A stretch of DNA of 63,267 nt, filler included, from Choristocarpus tenellus KU-1152 (Eukaryota > Protista > Phaeophyceae), in assembly GCA_964200185.2 (NCBI GenBank). It is 9 parts of 9 records of this genome, joined end to end, with 100 filler letters (N's around TTAATTAATTAA, not from the genome) between each part and the next. Parts side by side here need not be neighbours in the genome. Positions count along the whole stretch, not along the records: positions 45,822 to 53,050 come from CAXNAD020006504.1; positions 53,151 to 60,607 come from CAXNAD020006124.1; 7 more parts are not named here. One strand, written 5' to 3'. Position 1 is the first letter of the stretch, and every line of letters begins with the position of its first letter. The position numbers and the translations under genes were made by a program. The notes beneath the pieces are model-generated. The model saw nothing but the letters and a program-made list of their open reading frames with translations. It had not been told where the DNA came from and did no database searches. Shown piece by piece: positions 46,211 through 58,900 of this stretch.

Positions 46211-49200
46211 GTTCATGTTTTTACTATAAGAACATTCTTCTCCACATACGGACTAGAGTCAACGTCGTATGGTATGTGGAAAATCTCTTGCTGCTGTCCC
46301 TTAACTGCCGAAGTCAAACACCCCGGAATACCAAGCGTGTGAGAAGAGATAAAGACGACAGGACTTCGTTCGTGAGAGGACACCAGGTGCGTACCTTTCC
46401 TGAAAGATCTAACCCACCCGCGACCACCCAACGCACAAAATATGCTCTATTCCCTTGTACCGGTTTCTCCTCTCTGGTTCACAACGTCCCTACCCCGTGC
46501 AGTAATCACTCAATCAAAGGAGAGACATATGGGCTAATCGACGAAGGTCGCCATGCCCCCAAAGGAAAGCAAGAGGTGAGTTTCGTACAAGAAAACCATA
46601 CCCCCTGGGCGTTCCCATAAGACCAATCTCGTTAAACAGTATCGTAATTATAGCGCCCGTGACGAACGATGTTACATAAACATGCTTGCATCGTTTACAC
46701 CTACATGTGTGTGCCGTGGTGTATCCCACGGCTGTATAGTATAGTCCCGATGGGTAACGGCCCTCCACCAAGTTGTCCTAGCTCTAACACCGTCGTTCTG
46801 GGTCCACTCCTCTTCCCGTGAAACAACCTTTTAGGGTGTGGAACGCGTTGGGACATTTTTTTTCACTACGCTTCTCTATATTAACAGCTCGAACTGAACT
46901 TATTGCAACTTTGGCAAAAAGCATGAACGTTGTTGTAAACACTTTTCCACACCGCCTGATGACCACGCTGCGCATCGTCTTAGAGTTCCCTATGTGGTCA
47001 GAATGCGACCAGTCGCAATGTAGATCTGGGCCACCCCAAATCGCATAAATCCCTTGTCCCGACACACACACGTGTTTATCAGGATTCGAACGCCCAATCC
47101 ACCATATAAAGCTCTTGTTGGAAATTTGTCGTAGACGTGGGCACAGGGCATGTTCTGTGTACAGCGTTTGTACTCTTAAGCGCTCAACGCCCATTAAAAG
47201 ACCATGCCCCCCACATTCACTATGTCATGTTTACTGTATCCCGCTTGTCCAACCCTGATTCACTGTAAACAACCAAAACCAGCCCCTAGAAATGGTTGTA
47301 TAACGTTGATTCCCCAAAGGGCCTTCTCGGAAACACTTTGCCCGTCTTCGTGAAAGCAGTATACCATGGTCTTGGAACAAAAAATACGATGTCAATTCTA
47401 CCCTGCTTGGGGATGTTATTTGGCACTATAAGTGACCTCGAGCCGATGGAAGAGATGCAGACCATGCACTCGTTACGCATGTTCACAGATAGACAGGATA
47501 GGAAATGTTCAAAAACTCTTGGCCGGTTTCCGATTTTTCGATTAGTAGCACTCGGCAGGTAAAACAGTGGAGACAATCTCGAGATTATTGAGCCAAAGTA
47601 TCTTAGAGAATAGAGCCTCGTCCATTTGGGGGCCAAAATCCTATTTTGCAATTTCATTGTAATTTTGGCTATCGTATTTGTTTGGAAGTGTCATTATCCT
47701 TGTTCCAGACACACCTTTTCATAGCGTATACATTTTACCTACTCCGAAATGTTTTGGACTAGGAAAATGTAATAAAAATCCTAAGGGAAGCCAAGCCCCA
47801 AATGGACAAATAGGGAAAAACTCGTACCCTCTAAGATACTTTCACTCATTGAAGCCACAAACCAAGCGGTCCAATACATGTAACCCTGACTCCGTCCAAC
47901 ATTCATCCAACCCTTTCACCCTACGATGTAGATTCCCCTTACACCGCTTGCAAGGGCGTTATACTTTCCATTATATTTGTACAATTAATTTTGTACAATT
48001 AATTTCTGACAAAACGATAAAGATGTGGATGGAACCAGAACTGTACAAATGCTTCATGAGGAACACCTGTTCGCAAACACACACACCATGCCAACCCCAC
48101 GTCTAAATTGTGATTACCAGCGGCATGCTTTCATTCCACGTGATCGGCCTACATGTGGTAATTTGTCTAGCGTTTCACCACCAACATCCAGACGCCCTGA
48201 ACTCGCGCATGGGCACGGATCTCGAGGACAACATAAATGCACCTCGACTTTGAAATTATTTGTTAGTTGCCTTGATTATGTACTTCTGTAGTCCGTGTTA
48301 GGCATGTGTCGCTCGTCTACTGTCCCCCACACAACCTAAATCAATTTATTCGACCACCTACCACAATTTTGAAATAAACACCGATTCGACACGTTCCCAA
48401 GTACATGTGCCCCCACACGACACCGTACAAATCAATGCAGGCTGACACGTTGTCGTACGCTGTATGAAGTATTTCAGGCTTGTCATAAATTTTTTGAGGA
48501 CCATACCATCGAAACCTGCGTCAACATCTTTGAAAACATCTGTATACAATCGAATTTTTTACATTAACCTTATTTTTTGTCGAGCAGTATTACCACTGTC
48601 GACAAAGGGTGTTGTACTCAAGTCTATACCACACGGAAGTTTCACCCTTGGCAAGCATAATGTTCGTACAATTGAAGAGGTCCACCATGTGACGGTGGCT
48701 TTGCATAAACAGGGCAATTAATTACCTGAAGCAAACCTTAAGCAGTATTGAACACTACTATGGTCGTGCATCCCCCCTTCCCTGCACACACCTTGGTCGT
48801 GAACATAATTACATCACAGCACACAATTCCCTGTAATTTGTACTCTATTCAAACTACTTCCAAAGCACGAGTCAATAGAGGTTAGACCATCATCACCACC
48901 CTAACCTATATTTTTCTGGCAATGGAACTAATTCCAAACCGTCCATCGACAGTGGTCCCGCTGTCATCTCATTTGCAACCCCAAACCCAACACTAATCCT
49001 AAAAGTAGTCGGGCATCGAAATCCCGAAAGCAATTGAGGCGCTTCCCACCTTCTCATCCCTTTGCATCCTCTTTTTCAGACCACATTATTAACAACCCTA
49101 ACCATCTGTGGTACACCATGCAAAGGGTTCATCCGACCCTTAACCTCCTATAACTGCCACTAATATAACTTCATCTGTCCATGTTCGCGTTTGGTAATCA

Positions 49201-49230
49201 ACCACCCCACAGTACGAGATACACACATCT
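46211..49230 (-). pseudogene. Decayed Cys-rich coding relic, possibly a KDZ (Kyakuja-Dileera-Zisupton)-type transposase
   Basis: Minus-strand fragments with CxC/CxxC clusters (LPCLCKAT, HLCCPRDPCPC, RPCKRCKG, GFGCLQ*..HDIVNVGG, SGLYY..CRCKRCKHVY), broken by stops. The family call is weak. Confidence 0.3.
47590..47847 (+). mobile_element. MITE family A copy, 3-bp TSD ATT
   Basis: GAGCCAAAGTATCTTAGAG...TACCCTCTAAGATACTTTCACTC; flanks ATT/ATT. Confidence 0.92.
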
Positions 49231-49644
49231 TACACAAATAGCCAACCCAATTACATAAAAAGAGTAATTTGATCATAGTAACGACATGCAACTCACTATC
49301 GTAATGCAACGGCTGTCGCCACTGTCTACACGACTATTCATGACAAACGGAATAAAGAACCAAACATACAATAACATCCAACTATATCGACATTAGAAGA
49401 ATTATGTTCGTAAATCGAAGAATGATTGAGAACCTCCCAATGCACGTATGCACATATGAAGAGAATCCAGATATGTAAGCATATGAAATGCCTCTTGCAA
49501 TGATAATGTCGGAAGCTACCGATATTACCGAGGCGAAGCCGATAGCGTTAATGACGCACCATATCCTAACCCTCACAACCCTTTAAGTTGTGGGTACCAA
49601 GTGCGCGCATCCACTGGTAATACCGCGCTCGGCATTCATTTCCA

Positions 49645-50120
49645 ATCTCTATCTTCTGCCATCAGGCGAAATATGTCAAATTGGGTTATTCATGTTTTCC
49701 CCATGCGTTTAAAATTGCTACCTATTGCCATTGAGGCAAAAGGTATAAAGTTGGGTTATTCATGTTTTCCCGATGCGTTCAAAATTGCTATCTTCTGCCA
49801 TCCGACAGAAGACATCAAATTCGGTTATGAATGTTTTCCTCTCATGCCTTGAAACAAAAGATATCAAGCTGGGTTATTCATGTTTTGTCCATGTGTTTAT
49901 AATTGCTACCTATTGCTGTCGGGTTAAAGATATAAAGTTGGGTTATTCATGTTTTCCCCATGCGTTCAAAAATGCTATCTTCTGTCATCCGACAGAAGAT
50001 ATCAAATTGTGTAATTAATGTTTTCCGCATGTGTTTGAAATTGGCTAACTATTGCCATTGAGGCAAAAGATATAACGTTGGGTTATTCATGTTTTGTCCA
50101 TGTGTTCAAAATTGCAACAT
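49645..50120. repeat. Tandem array, about 70-bp monomer with alternating A/B variants (about 7 units)
   Basis: TTGGGTTATTCATGTTTT or a close variant at about 49681, 49751, 49820, 49869, 49938, 50008 and 50078; CCTATTGCCATTGAGGCAAAAG alternates with TCTTCTGCCATCCGACAGAAGA. Confidence 0.88.
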
Positions 50121-51872
50121 TTTGCGGTTCCACAAATGTTGACAACTCGCAGTATCAACAGCGAAAATTTTACCCTCTCCATTTAAAAAAAAGGTCTCGG
50201 TTGAACGACATCGGTAGGACAATATTCACGTGCGCAAACAGACATTGCAGACGCTATCGACCTTAAAATCAAAAATCACATATACTGTCCCTACTATTGT
50301 TGCGATACTCCCTGCCTTGTCCCCATTGACAATACCCTTGCCTCCATCACTAATGACATGTATCCGCTTCTGCATGCGTCTCGCTTGTGTTGGTTGATAC
50401 TGCTGCTTGCACCTGTTCGATTAGACTCTTCCAACTCTATCGGACAGATACGGTAAAATATGTATGGAGTAAAGGAACGATCAAGTAGCGGTTGAGTTAT
50501 CAGAACCTTTTACTAGTGATTAGTTATATGAGAAAAATTCTCATATAATAAAAGGAAATATTTCTGATTTTATGGGGTGCTGCATGCCCCACTTAACTAT
50601 AATCAATCACTCTACAGACACCTAGCAATCTCGCTGGGTTTATCACCTTTATCCTCTTTAATGATTTGGGAGATACTTTAACACTATATATTGAGCCTTA
50701 GGTTTCTAACCCATCATTTCATCATGTCTACACAAGGAGATGCGATTCAAGAATTGCGGGAGCCTGTTCCTTCTGAAGGCCCATCTGTCCAAGAATTCAG
50801 ACAGCTTATGGTGACGGTAGCGGAGTTGTCAAGAAACGTTGGCAATCTCATGGTTCAGTCTGAAAGAGTTGGCCACGGAAATCATCCCCTCGTCCAGGTC
50901 GCTGTGCCCAGCACACGGCCTCCAGCTGGGCACGTACAAGTCGACTATGGAACCCATGTTGAAGGACAATTTCCCAGAGAGGGAAACCAGTTTGGATGCG
51001 GTGAGCGTCAGAGGTGGGGCGAGCCGGATGTCCGGTTCTTCGGAGAGCTTGGGGTCAGGTGCACATATTGTTCGCTCTGCGACAAAGAGATCAAAAACCC
51101 AACCACCGAAACTATTAGATGACTCGGACTACCGGGACTGGCGGAGGCGTTTCATTGTGCATTGCAGATATACCCACTGCTCGGGTGCGCGTTGACAAGT
51201 GAAAGACCAGTCAATCAAGAACGCTCCTACGAGGAACTTCTCTCGGACGGCTTCAGTGCGAATGATATCTGGATGGCCGAAGAGGCCTACCATGTACTTA
51301 CTACTGCTCTCGTCGCACCCACCATCAGGGCACTGTGCTACACGCACCAAAGCCTGAGCAATCTTTTCCGAGTAATAGATGATTGGTTCATGCCTAATAC
51401 AGTGGGTAATAGCCAACATATGTTCCGTGAGTTTTTCATTTCAAAGGTGGAGAAGGGGGCGAATCCGATCCTGACCTTAAAACACTTGGAAGAGTTACAA
51501 GGGAAGATGCTATCAATGGATCTGGTCATCTCGGACAAGCTGCTGCTCCTACAGTTCCTGAGTGCTCTCAGATCAGAATATGATACCGAGATATGCATGA
51601 TGGCCTCGCAGAGAACACTATGTCGAGCAGACGTAGAAGAAAACCGCTAAAGAGCGATATACTTCCCTTCATCAGGGGAAGGGCTCAGACACAAGAACAG
51701 CCATGCTTTGGTTGTTAATAGCTCATCATCAGGGAAGAGTCAGCCTCATCGCAACGGCCAAGGTCGTGGGGTCGAACGTAAATATAATGGTGGAAGAAAG
51801 AAAAAAGGTTCTAATTCCAAACCCTAAACGTTCCAAGAAGATTCCTTTTGAGAGATGTGGAAATCATGGTCA

Positions 51873-51999
51873 TATACATTTATCTACTCCCAAAGATTTT
51901 GAAGTAGAGACAAATGTAATGAAAAACCCCAAGAGAAGCCAAGAGCCCCAAATGGACAAACAGGGGGCAAAACCCGTACCCTCTAAGATACTTTCACTC
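51873..51999 (+). mobile_element. MITE family A, 3' half only
   Basis: TATACATTTATCTACTCCCAAAGATTTTGAAGTAG...GTACCCTCTAAGATACTTTCACTC. Confidence 0.85.
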
Positions 52000-52144
52000 T
52001 TCCGTCATGTGACAACAAGGGGGCAGAAATACTCCTTCAAAATGTCGCCCATGTCCCCGATCTTGGATTCAATCTTTTTTCTTGCCAAGCAGCAGCTGAT
52101 AAGGGTGCGAAAGGCATTTTCACAGCCAGTACATTCTCGTTGTT

Positions 52145-52405
52145 GAGACAAAGTATCTTAGAGGGTAGAGCCATGTCTAATTGGGGGCGCCATAATCCAA
52201 TGTTTCGATTTTGATAAAATTTTAGCCATCATGTTTGTTAGGAAATGTCAACATACTTGTTCCAAACAAACCTTTTCATACCATACACATTTGACCCACT
52301 CCGAAACATTTTTGAGTAGGTAAAATGTCATTAAAAACTCATGGGAAGCCAAGTCCCAAATGGACAAACAGGGCAAATCTCGTACCCTCTAAGATACTTT
52401 CACTC
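52145..52405 (+). mobile_element. MITE family A copy inside Copia, 4-bp TSD TGTT
   Basis: GAGACAAAGTATCTTAGAGGGTA...TACCCTCTAAGATACTTTCACTC; flanks TGTT/TGTT; removing it restores FSLLDGILIF. Confidence 0.93.
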
Positions 52406-53150
52406 TGTTAGATGGAATACTTATCTTCCAAAGAGATCCTGGTTGCCATTACACCCTCCATGGTCAACGCATATTGCCGCGACCAGATTGAAATGCTGAA
52501 GTTGCTTTAAAGGCCACTATAGCCTCCTCGCCTGCACCCCACGCTCCCCACACCAACGTCGACATTAACCTCTTCGGTCGCCCTTATGGCCACGCACATG
52601 AGGCATTGCTCAAGGCCACCGCCATTTCAATGGGCATTACATCGGTGGGTAAGCTGGAGCCATGTGCGGGCTGCTCTATGAGCAAGGGCATACGGAAGGG
52701 CGTCCGGTCCAGCATATCTTCAAGGGCGGTAAGAAAGCTGGATCGGGCTTTTGTCGACTTAAGTGGGAAGAGGGCTACCCTTTCAATCGGTGGTAAACAA
52801 TACTCCATGATAATCCGGGACGATTATTCTCGTTTTGTTTGGTTGTGTATTTCCTTCGTGCAAAGTCGGATGCCGCCGAAGCCTTCAAGAAGTACCTGGC
52901 CGATATCCGGGCTGATGGTACTCCCTCTCGGGTCATGTGTGTGCGGCCTGATAATGGGGGGGAATTTTATGAGGGTGCTTTCTGCGCTCTTTGTCGTGAT
53001 TGTGGGATAAGACAGGAGTTTACACCTGCATGTGCAAATTACCTTGGGAGNNNNNNNNNNNNNNNNNNNNNNNNNNNNNNNNNNNNNNNNNNNNTTAATT
53101 AATTAANNNNNNNNNNNNNNNNNNNNNNNNNNNNNNNNNNNNNNNNNNNN

Positions 53151-53217
53151 AAAAATCGCGACATGAAAAAATTGACCCCAAATGGACAGCCGCCACCCCT
53201 CCCAGATACTTTGAGAC
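53151..53217 (+). mobile_element. MITE family C right end at a contig start
   Basis: AAAAATCGCGACATGAAAAAATTGACCCCAAATGGACAGCCGCCACCCCTCCCAGATACTTTGAGAC. Confidence 0.85.
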
Positions 53218-54589
53218 ATTCTTTTTTTACACCAGTCTGCAAAGAAAGTGATGCTCTTGATGTTTTCACTAGGGGAATGTATGCTGTGTTCGGGGGTATT
53301 ACGTCTACGGAACAAAAGTTCCATATCCAAGATTACAGCTGTTTTTCCCTGTTTATTTGTTGACCAAGCGTGTACCTGTCTTTCCTACTCTTTTGGGGGG
53401 TACGATAGCAGTTGTTAGCAATGGGGAGGGAGGGGGAGGCATAAGTAAGAGAAGATGTTGGATTGTGAAACTGGGTGTTGTATCAAGTCAGGAAATGAAT
53501 AAAACAAGTGTATCTTCGAGGATTGAGTTGTGACACTACCAAAATAAGCACAAATTAAATCATTGAGCCGTACATCAGGATCCCGGTTGTACATACACAA
53601 ACACAAGCGTAGTCTCACATAACAGACACAAGACTGGTAGCTTCTGGACAAAACTATGGTATACTCTATACAAATCCATTGCCCTACACTACTGTTTTCA
53701 ATATATTTTATGTCAAACCAAGTTGATAGTATACTACGTACTATGAGGCTTACTGGGATTGGCTGTTGTCGTACACATACATTCTCTGTACATGATACTC
53801 CTCACCTGTGTGGTAGAGGAAGAGAACTGTAGTATGATGGGGTGTGGTGCATATTGATCGGATGTCTTTCTCTTTTTTAGGATAGAAAATACATCCAAAA
53901 TGCTTACACATCAGAGAGGTAACGGTGTACCACAAGGTCCACTTCCTGCTATACACCCAACTTCTAGCTCCCACGATAACGCACACACACACCGTTGCTG
54001 CATCAAGTCCAGCTCGAAATTGTTGGAGTTCGACTGCTTACTCCTCTCAGCCCTCCACCAAGAGGTGTTACCTTTCCACCAAGTAAGGTATCAACAGTGC
54101 GCGCCGCAAGTAGCATCTCGCCTCTTACCAGCACTAGCGTACCACCCACATAGTATTATACTAAAGTATACAATGCTCTTGACGCGAATCCTACCTTATG
54201 TTTCAGGTAATCCCTCTTGAAAGTTGAATGTAAATCAGTTTTTCAATTTTTCACTGGATTTGCTTACTCTTAGGTATGCTCAAGTTTTGTGGTAAAGGCT
54301 GCTTGTGATTGTAGCAAAAGAAGTGTGCGTTTCCTTTAACTTTATGCGTTCATTTGGTCATTGGAGACTCGGCAGTTTCAACTTAGTTACAGCAATGATG
54401 AACCTGAGAGAGATTTTCCTTCCCCTTGTTTCTATTGTGTAGACGTTTTCTTGGAGATCCAGTAGATGAGTCTCAGATTCGGACTCTGGGAAGGATGAAG
54501 TCCTTCCTCCAATGAAGCCAAGTCTACTACTGGATTTGACATTGGACTACTTCGTACATCTTGTTCAAGATGATATCGGGTGTAAATAT

Positions 54590-55100
54590 ATCGAAACTGA
54601 GAAGATGTTTCCAACATTCGGAAGGAGATCATTTCCTCTTCACGACAAATACTTCCTAATTTCGAAGGACAAATTATAGTCTACTATTAGTAGATAGTGC
54701 ATTAGACTACTGAATGCACCTTCTACATCTGTGCGGAGGAAATAATCAGAACTGAGAAGATGTTTCCAATATTCGGAAGGAACTCCATCGCCTGTTCACA
54801 ACAGATACTACTACCCTCCAGGAAACGAATTCCTCTTTCAAACCAAGTGTATTTATGCTTTCAACTTGTATGTTGTTGCATATATGAGAAAACAAATTAT
54901 CGGAACTGAGAACATGCTTCCAATATTCGGAAGGAACTCATTGCGTCTTCACAACAAAAACTATGATGCGCTCTGTTTATTAGCAGTACAATAGATAATT
55001 TGTAGATGCAGTTGAGGTGTATAGTGTATGAAGCATATGAAAATCAAAACTGAGAATATTCTTCCATATTAAGGAGAACGCCTTTGCCTCTTCACACCAA
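54590..55100. repeat. Four about 55-bp direct repeats separated by dissimilar 90-100-bp spacers
   Basis: AACTGAGAAGATGTTTCCAATATTCGGAAGGAACTC..CGCCTCTTCAC(A/G)ACA at 54595, 54750, 54904 and 55048. Confidence 0.8.
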
Positions 55101-56679
55101 CTATTCAGCAAAATCTCGACCTCGGAAAAATTTACGATCACACATCAACCTCAAATCCTCCCTCCCCCCTGTCCTCCCCCCCACCTAGCCATTCGCAAAG
55201 TTCGTGCCCTGTTCCAGGCAAGTCAGGGCGACGTCATATTTTAATCGTTTCTCCTCGCTTCGCAATGCTACTACTATCTTCTATGTGCCGTAAATGCGCC
55301 TTCGGCTTGCCTATTTTCTAGACCTTACCACTCCGTAAGGGAGAGTTTCATCTCGCGGCATCATCATCCTTGTTGTTGGAGTCCAAGTAGTACGTCCGAA
55401 TACTGCTTCAAATATAGGGTACCTACCTCACAATTCGTTCTTACTTTACGTCACGTTGCCCTGTCTCACCTGTCGTCCCTTACCCCTTGTCTTCCTCCTG
55501 GAAGCAGATGGACAGGGCAACCAGTGTGGAGAAATCAGTACTACGACGAGCTTCACTCCATTCGTCGCAGCTGATTTCTCCGCAACGTAAGGGGTAGGCC
55601 CATATTATGAAACTTTCTTTGATGCTTCTCTTGGCCAGGGAATCATCTGGACTTGCCCCCTCAGACGTCGGCAGCAAAGAACAAGGTGAGCCTCGCAAAG
55701 TTAACGTCCGAAGGACCAAGTGAGTATATATACACCAACACACTTGTCAACATCTTTTAAGAACATTCTTTTCAACTCTTTGTCACTTCTTCGCAAGCTT
55801 TTTCTCCCGTTTTCGAAACATTCTCGGGGGTGTTTTTGAAGGAAGGCTTGAACATTAACGAGCGTCTTGAGGAATGCTTTGAGGAATTTTTTCGACAGAG
55901 AAAGTTCGTGAGCTTGGCGTGTTTTCTGTGGTATGTTTTGCCCCCGAGATTTTTCCACCACAGCATCCTCAGATTGTGTTCAACACTTTATTTACTTTTT
56001 GTTGGACAATTTGGACATACCATCTGCTCTACAGACCTTTTTTATTAAGGGAGATCTTCTTTTGGTTGCCCTAGTCCATTTTGTAAAATAAAATTTGTGT
56101 CGCATTGGTTACATCGAAGGTACCATCACTGTATACGACTTCAAGTTCGTCCCCGGACCCACATTCCTATACGCTTCAAGGCTTACCTTGTACCAGGTTG
56201 AACCCGTGAGTCTCAGTGTATTCACCCACTGTGGTGTAGCCACCTCCCCAAGGCCACTCTACAATTTGGGTAGCTGTAGCGATAGAGTCCATCTAGTTGT
56301 GCTGCTTGAGCATACGAAGGACTTTATTGGTCGTTGTGTAGTCTGCCATTGTCCCATCCGGGCAGTGCTTTTAATTAGATGAAGTGCTGCTTGTAGTTTC
56401 CCATCTCTTCTCCACTGAGGATAAATAATTCCATCAACCATGCACTTGTGACAACTAGTTCCGAGAACTTCATCTGGTGAGGGCTGATTAATACCTCTTG
56501 CCTTTCAGGTGGTGGGTCGTAACATGGAATGACCAAGAGTTCAAGTATTGGTCATCCTGCATTGTGAAGGGGGAATGGAGGAGGAGAATACATAGCTGAA
56601 AAAAGAGGAAGGAGAGGAATTTTGTGTTCTGGAGAAAGAGGATTTCCTTCTTTCACATTAAGTACCACATGTTTCACAG

Positions 56680-58900
56680 TATCACCAAATGTGCATATAG
56701 TGGAGTGTGTAAGTATGTGAACATAATATGGATGGAGTGTTTGATGTGGAAATAGATGTACAGAGAGGTGTATTTAGTAACTGGCGACATTATGTTAATG
56801 AATGAAGTATTGGGAAATAGGGTGTGAACATCGTGCTTGTTGCAGCACTGTGTATACAGATGAGTGTACATAACAGTTTTGTGTATGTTGTGAATGAGGT
56901 TTCGTTAAGGCATTACATGTTTGTAGAGGAGTGTGTAAAGCATTTTTGGATAGGATGTGAGTACCATGTTTGTTTTAGCACTGCATGTAGGGAAGAGTGT
57001 ATGTAATAGTTGGTGGGAGTTTGTGAATAACGTGCTGGTCATAGGACTACACATAGAGTGGAGAGTATAGAGTATTAGGCAATAGGGTGTGAACATCGTG
57101 CTCGTTGCAGCACTGTGAATACAGATGAGTGTACGTAACAGCTTTGTGTATGTTGTGAATGAGGTTTTGTTGTGTCATTACCCCTGTGTAGGGGAGTGTG
57201 TAAAACATTTTTGAATAGGATGTGAGTAACATGTTTGTTGTAGCACTGCATGTAGGGAGGAATGTATGTAATATTTGGTGACAGTTTGTGAATAACGTGC
57301 TTGTCATAGGACTGCACATAGAGTGGAGAGTATAGAGTATTTCGAAATAGGGTGTGAACATCGTGCTTGTTGCAGCACTGTGAATACAGATGAGTGTACA
57401 TAACAGTTTTGTGTATGTTGTGAATGAGGTTTCGTGAAGGCATTATATGTGTGTAGAGGAGTGTCAAAAGCATTTTTGGATAGGATGTGAGTAACATGCT
57501 TGTTGTAGCACTGCATATACGGATGAGTGTATGTAATAGTTGGTGACAGTTTGTGAATAACGTGCTTGTCATAAGACTGCACATAGAGTGGAGAGTATAG
57601 AGTATTTCGAAATAGGGTGTGAACATCGTGCTTGTTGCAGCACTGTGTATACAGATGAGTGTACGTAACAGCTTTGTGTGTGTTGTGAATGAGGTTTTGT
57701 TGTGTCATTACATGTGTGTAGGGGAGTGTGTAAAACATTTTTGAATAGGATGTGAGTAACATGTTTGTTGTAGCACTGCATGTAGGGAGGAATGTATGTA
57801 ATATTTGGTGACAGTTTGTGAATAACGTGCTGGTCATAGGACTGCACATAGAGTGGAGAGTATAGAGTATTTCGAAATAGGGTGTGAACATCGTGCTTGT
57901 TGCAGCACTGTGTATACAGATGAGTGTATGTAACAGTTTTGTGTGTGTTGTGAATGAGGTTTCGTGAAGGCATTACCCCTGTGTAGGGGAGTGTGTAAAA
58001 GACGTTTGGATAGGATGTGAGTAACATGTTTGTTGTAGCACTGCATGAAGATAAGAGTGTATGTAATATTTGGTGACAGTTTGTGAATAACGTGCTTGTC
58101 ATAGGACTGCACATTGAGTGGAGAGTATATAGTATTAGGCAATAGGGTGTGAACATCGTGCTTGTTGCAGCACTGTGTATACAGATGAGTGTACACAACA
58201 GTTTTGTGTATGTTGTGAATGAGGTTTTGTTGTGGCATTTCATGTGTGCAGAGGAGCGTATAAGGCATTTTTGGATAGGATGTGAGTAACACGTTTGTTG
58301 TAGCACTACATGTACGGATGAGTGTATGTAATAGTTGGTGGCAGTTTGTGAATAACGTGCTTGTCATAGGACTACACATAGAGTGGAGATTATAGAGTAT
58401 TGGGCGATAGGGTGTGAACATCGTGCTTGTTGCAGCACTGTGTATACAGATGAGTGTACATAACAGCTTTGTGTATGTTGTGAATGAGGTTTTGTTGTGG
58501 CATTACCCCTGTGTAGGGGAGTGCGTAAAACACGTTTGGATAGGATGTGAGTAACATGTTTGTTGTAGCACTGCATGAAGATAAGAGTGTATGTAATATT
58601 TGGTGGCAGTTTGTGAATAACGTGCTGGTCATAGGAGTGCACATTGAGTGGAGATTATATAGTATCAGACAATAGGGTGTGAACATCGTGCTTGTTGCAG
58701 CACTGTGTATACAGATGAGTGTACATAACAGTTTTGTGTGTGTTGTGAATGAGGTTTCGTGAAGGCATTACATGTGTGTAGAGGAGTGTGTAAAGCATTT
58801 TTGGATAGGATGTGAGTAACATGTTGTTGTACCACTTCATGTAGGGGGTGTATATGTAATATTTGGTGACAGTATGCGAATGATGTGCTTGTCGTACCAC
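56680..58900. repeat. Satellite: 265-bp unit x8, each unit made of 4 diverged about 66-bp monomers
   Basis: ATAGGGTGTGAACATCGTGC at about 56817, 57082, 57347, 57612, 57877, 58142, 58407 and 58672; degenerate edges. Confidence 0.96.

Larger units (their letters stand above)
50414..53030 (+). mobile_element. Degenerate Ty1/Copia retrotransposon (candidate 5' LTR 50414-50683, gag, partial protease, GAG-pre-integrase, integrase), cut by the gap
   Basis: Gag DYRDWRRRF..QFLSALRSEYD; knuckle remnant ERCGNHGH; protease tail LLQNVAHVPDLGFNLFS; YGHAHE..CAGCSMSK; integrase VDLSG..IIRDDYSRF..FLRAKSDA..RPDNGGEF..GIRQEFTP. The LTR call rests only on TG...CA ends. Confidence 0.92.

Noticed and set aside
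45823-46620. ORFs overlapping MITEs (also 14754-15014, 38522-38982, 47678-48106)
   Set aside because: Chance frames through non-coding MITE sequence; not conserved between copies.
6124-52405. MITEs acting as introners
   Set aside because: No copy interrupts a host exon and the ends do not supply consistent GT-AG boundaries.
54590-55100. CRISPR array call
   Set aside because: Eukaryotic context, long diverged repeats, about 100-bp spacers and no cas genes; kept only as a repeat-spacer curiosity.
56905-58900. Overlapping 100-245-aa His/Thr/Tyr-rich ORFs
   Set aside because: By-product of a 265-bp (3n+1) satellite whose minus strand is stop-poor; frames rotate each unit, which argues against coding.
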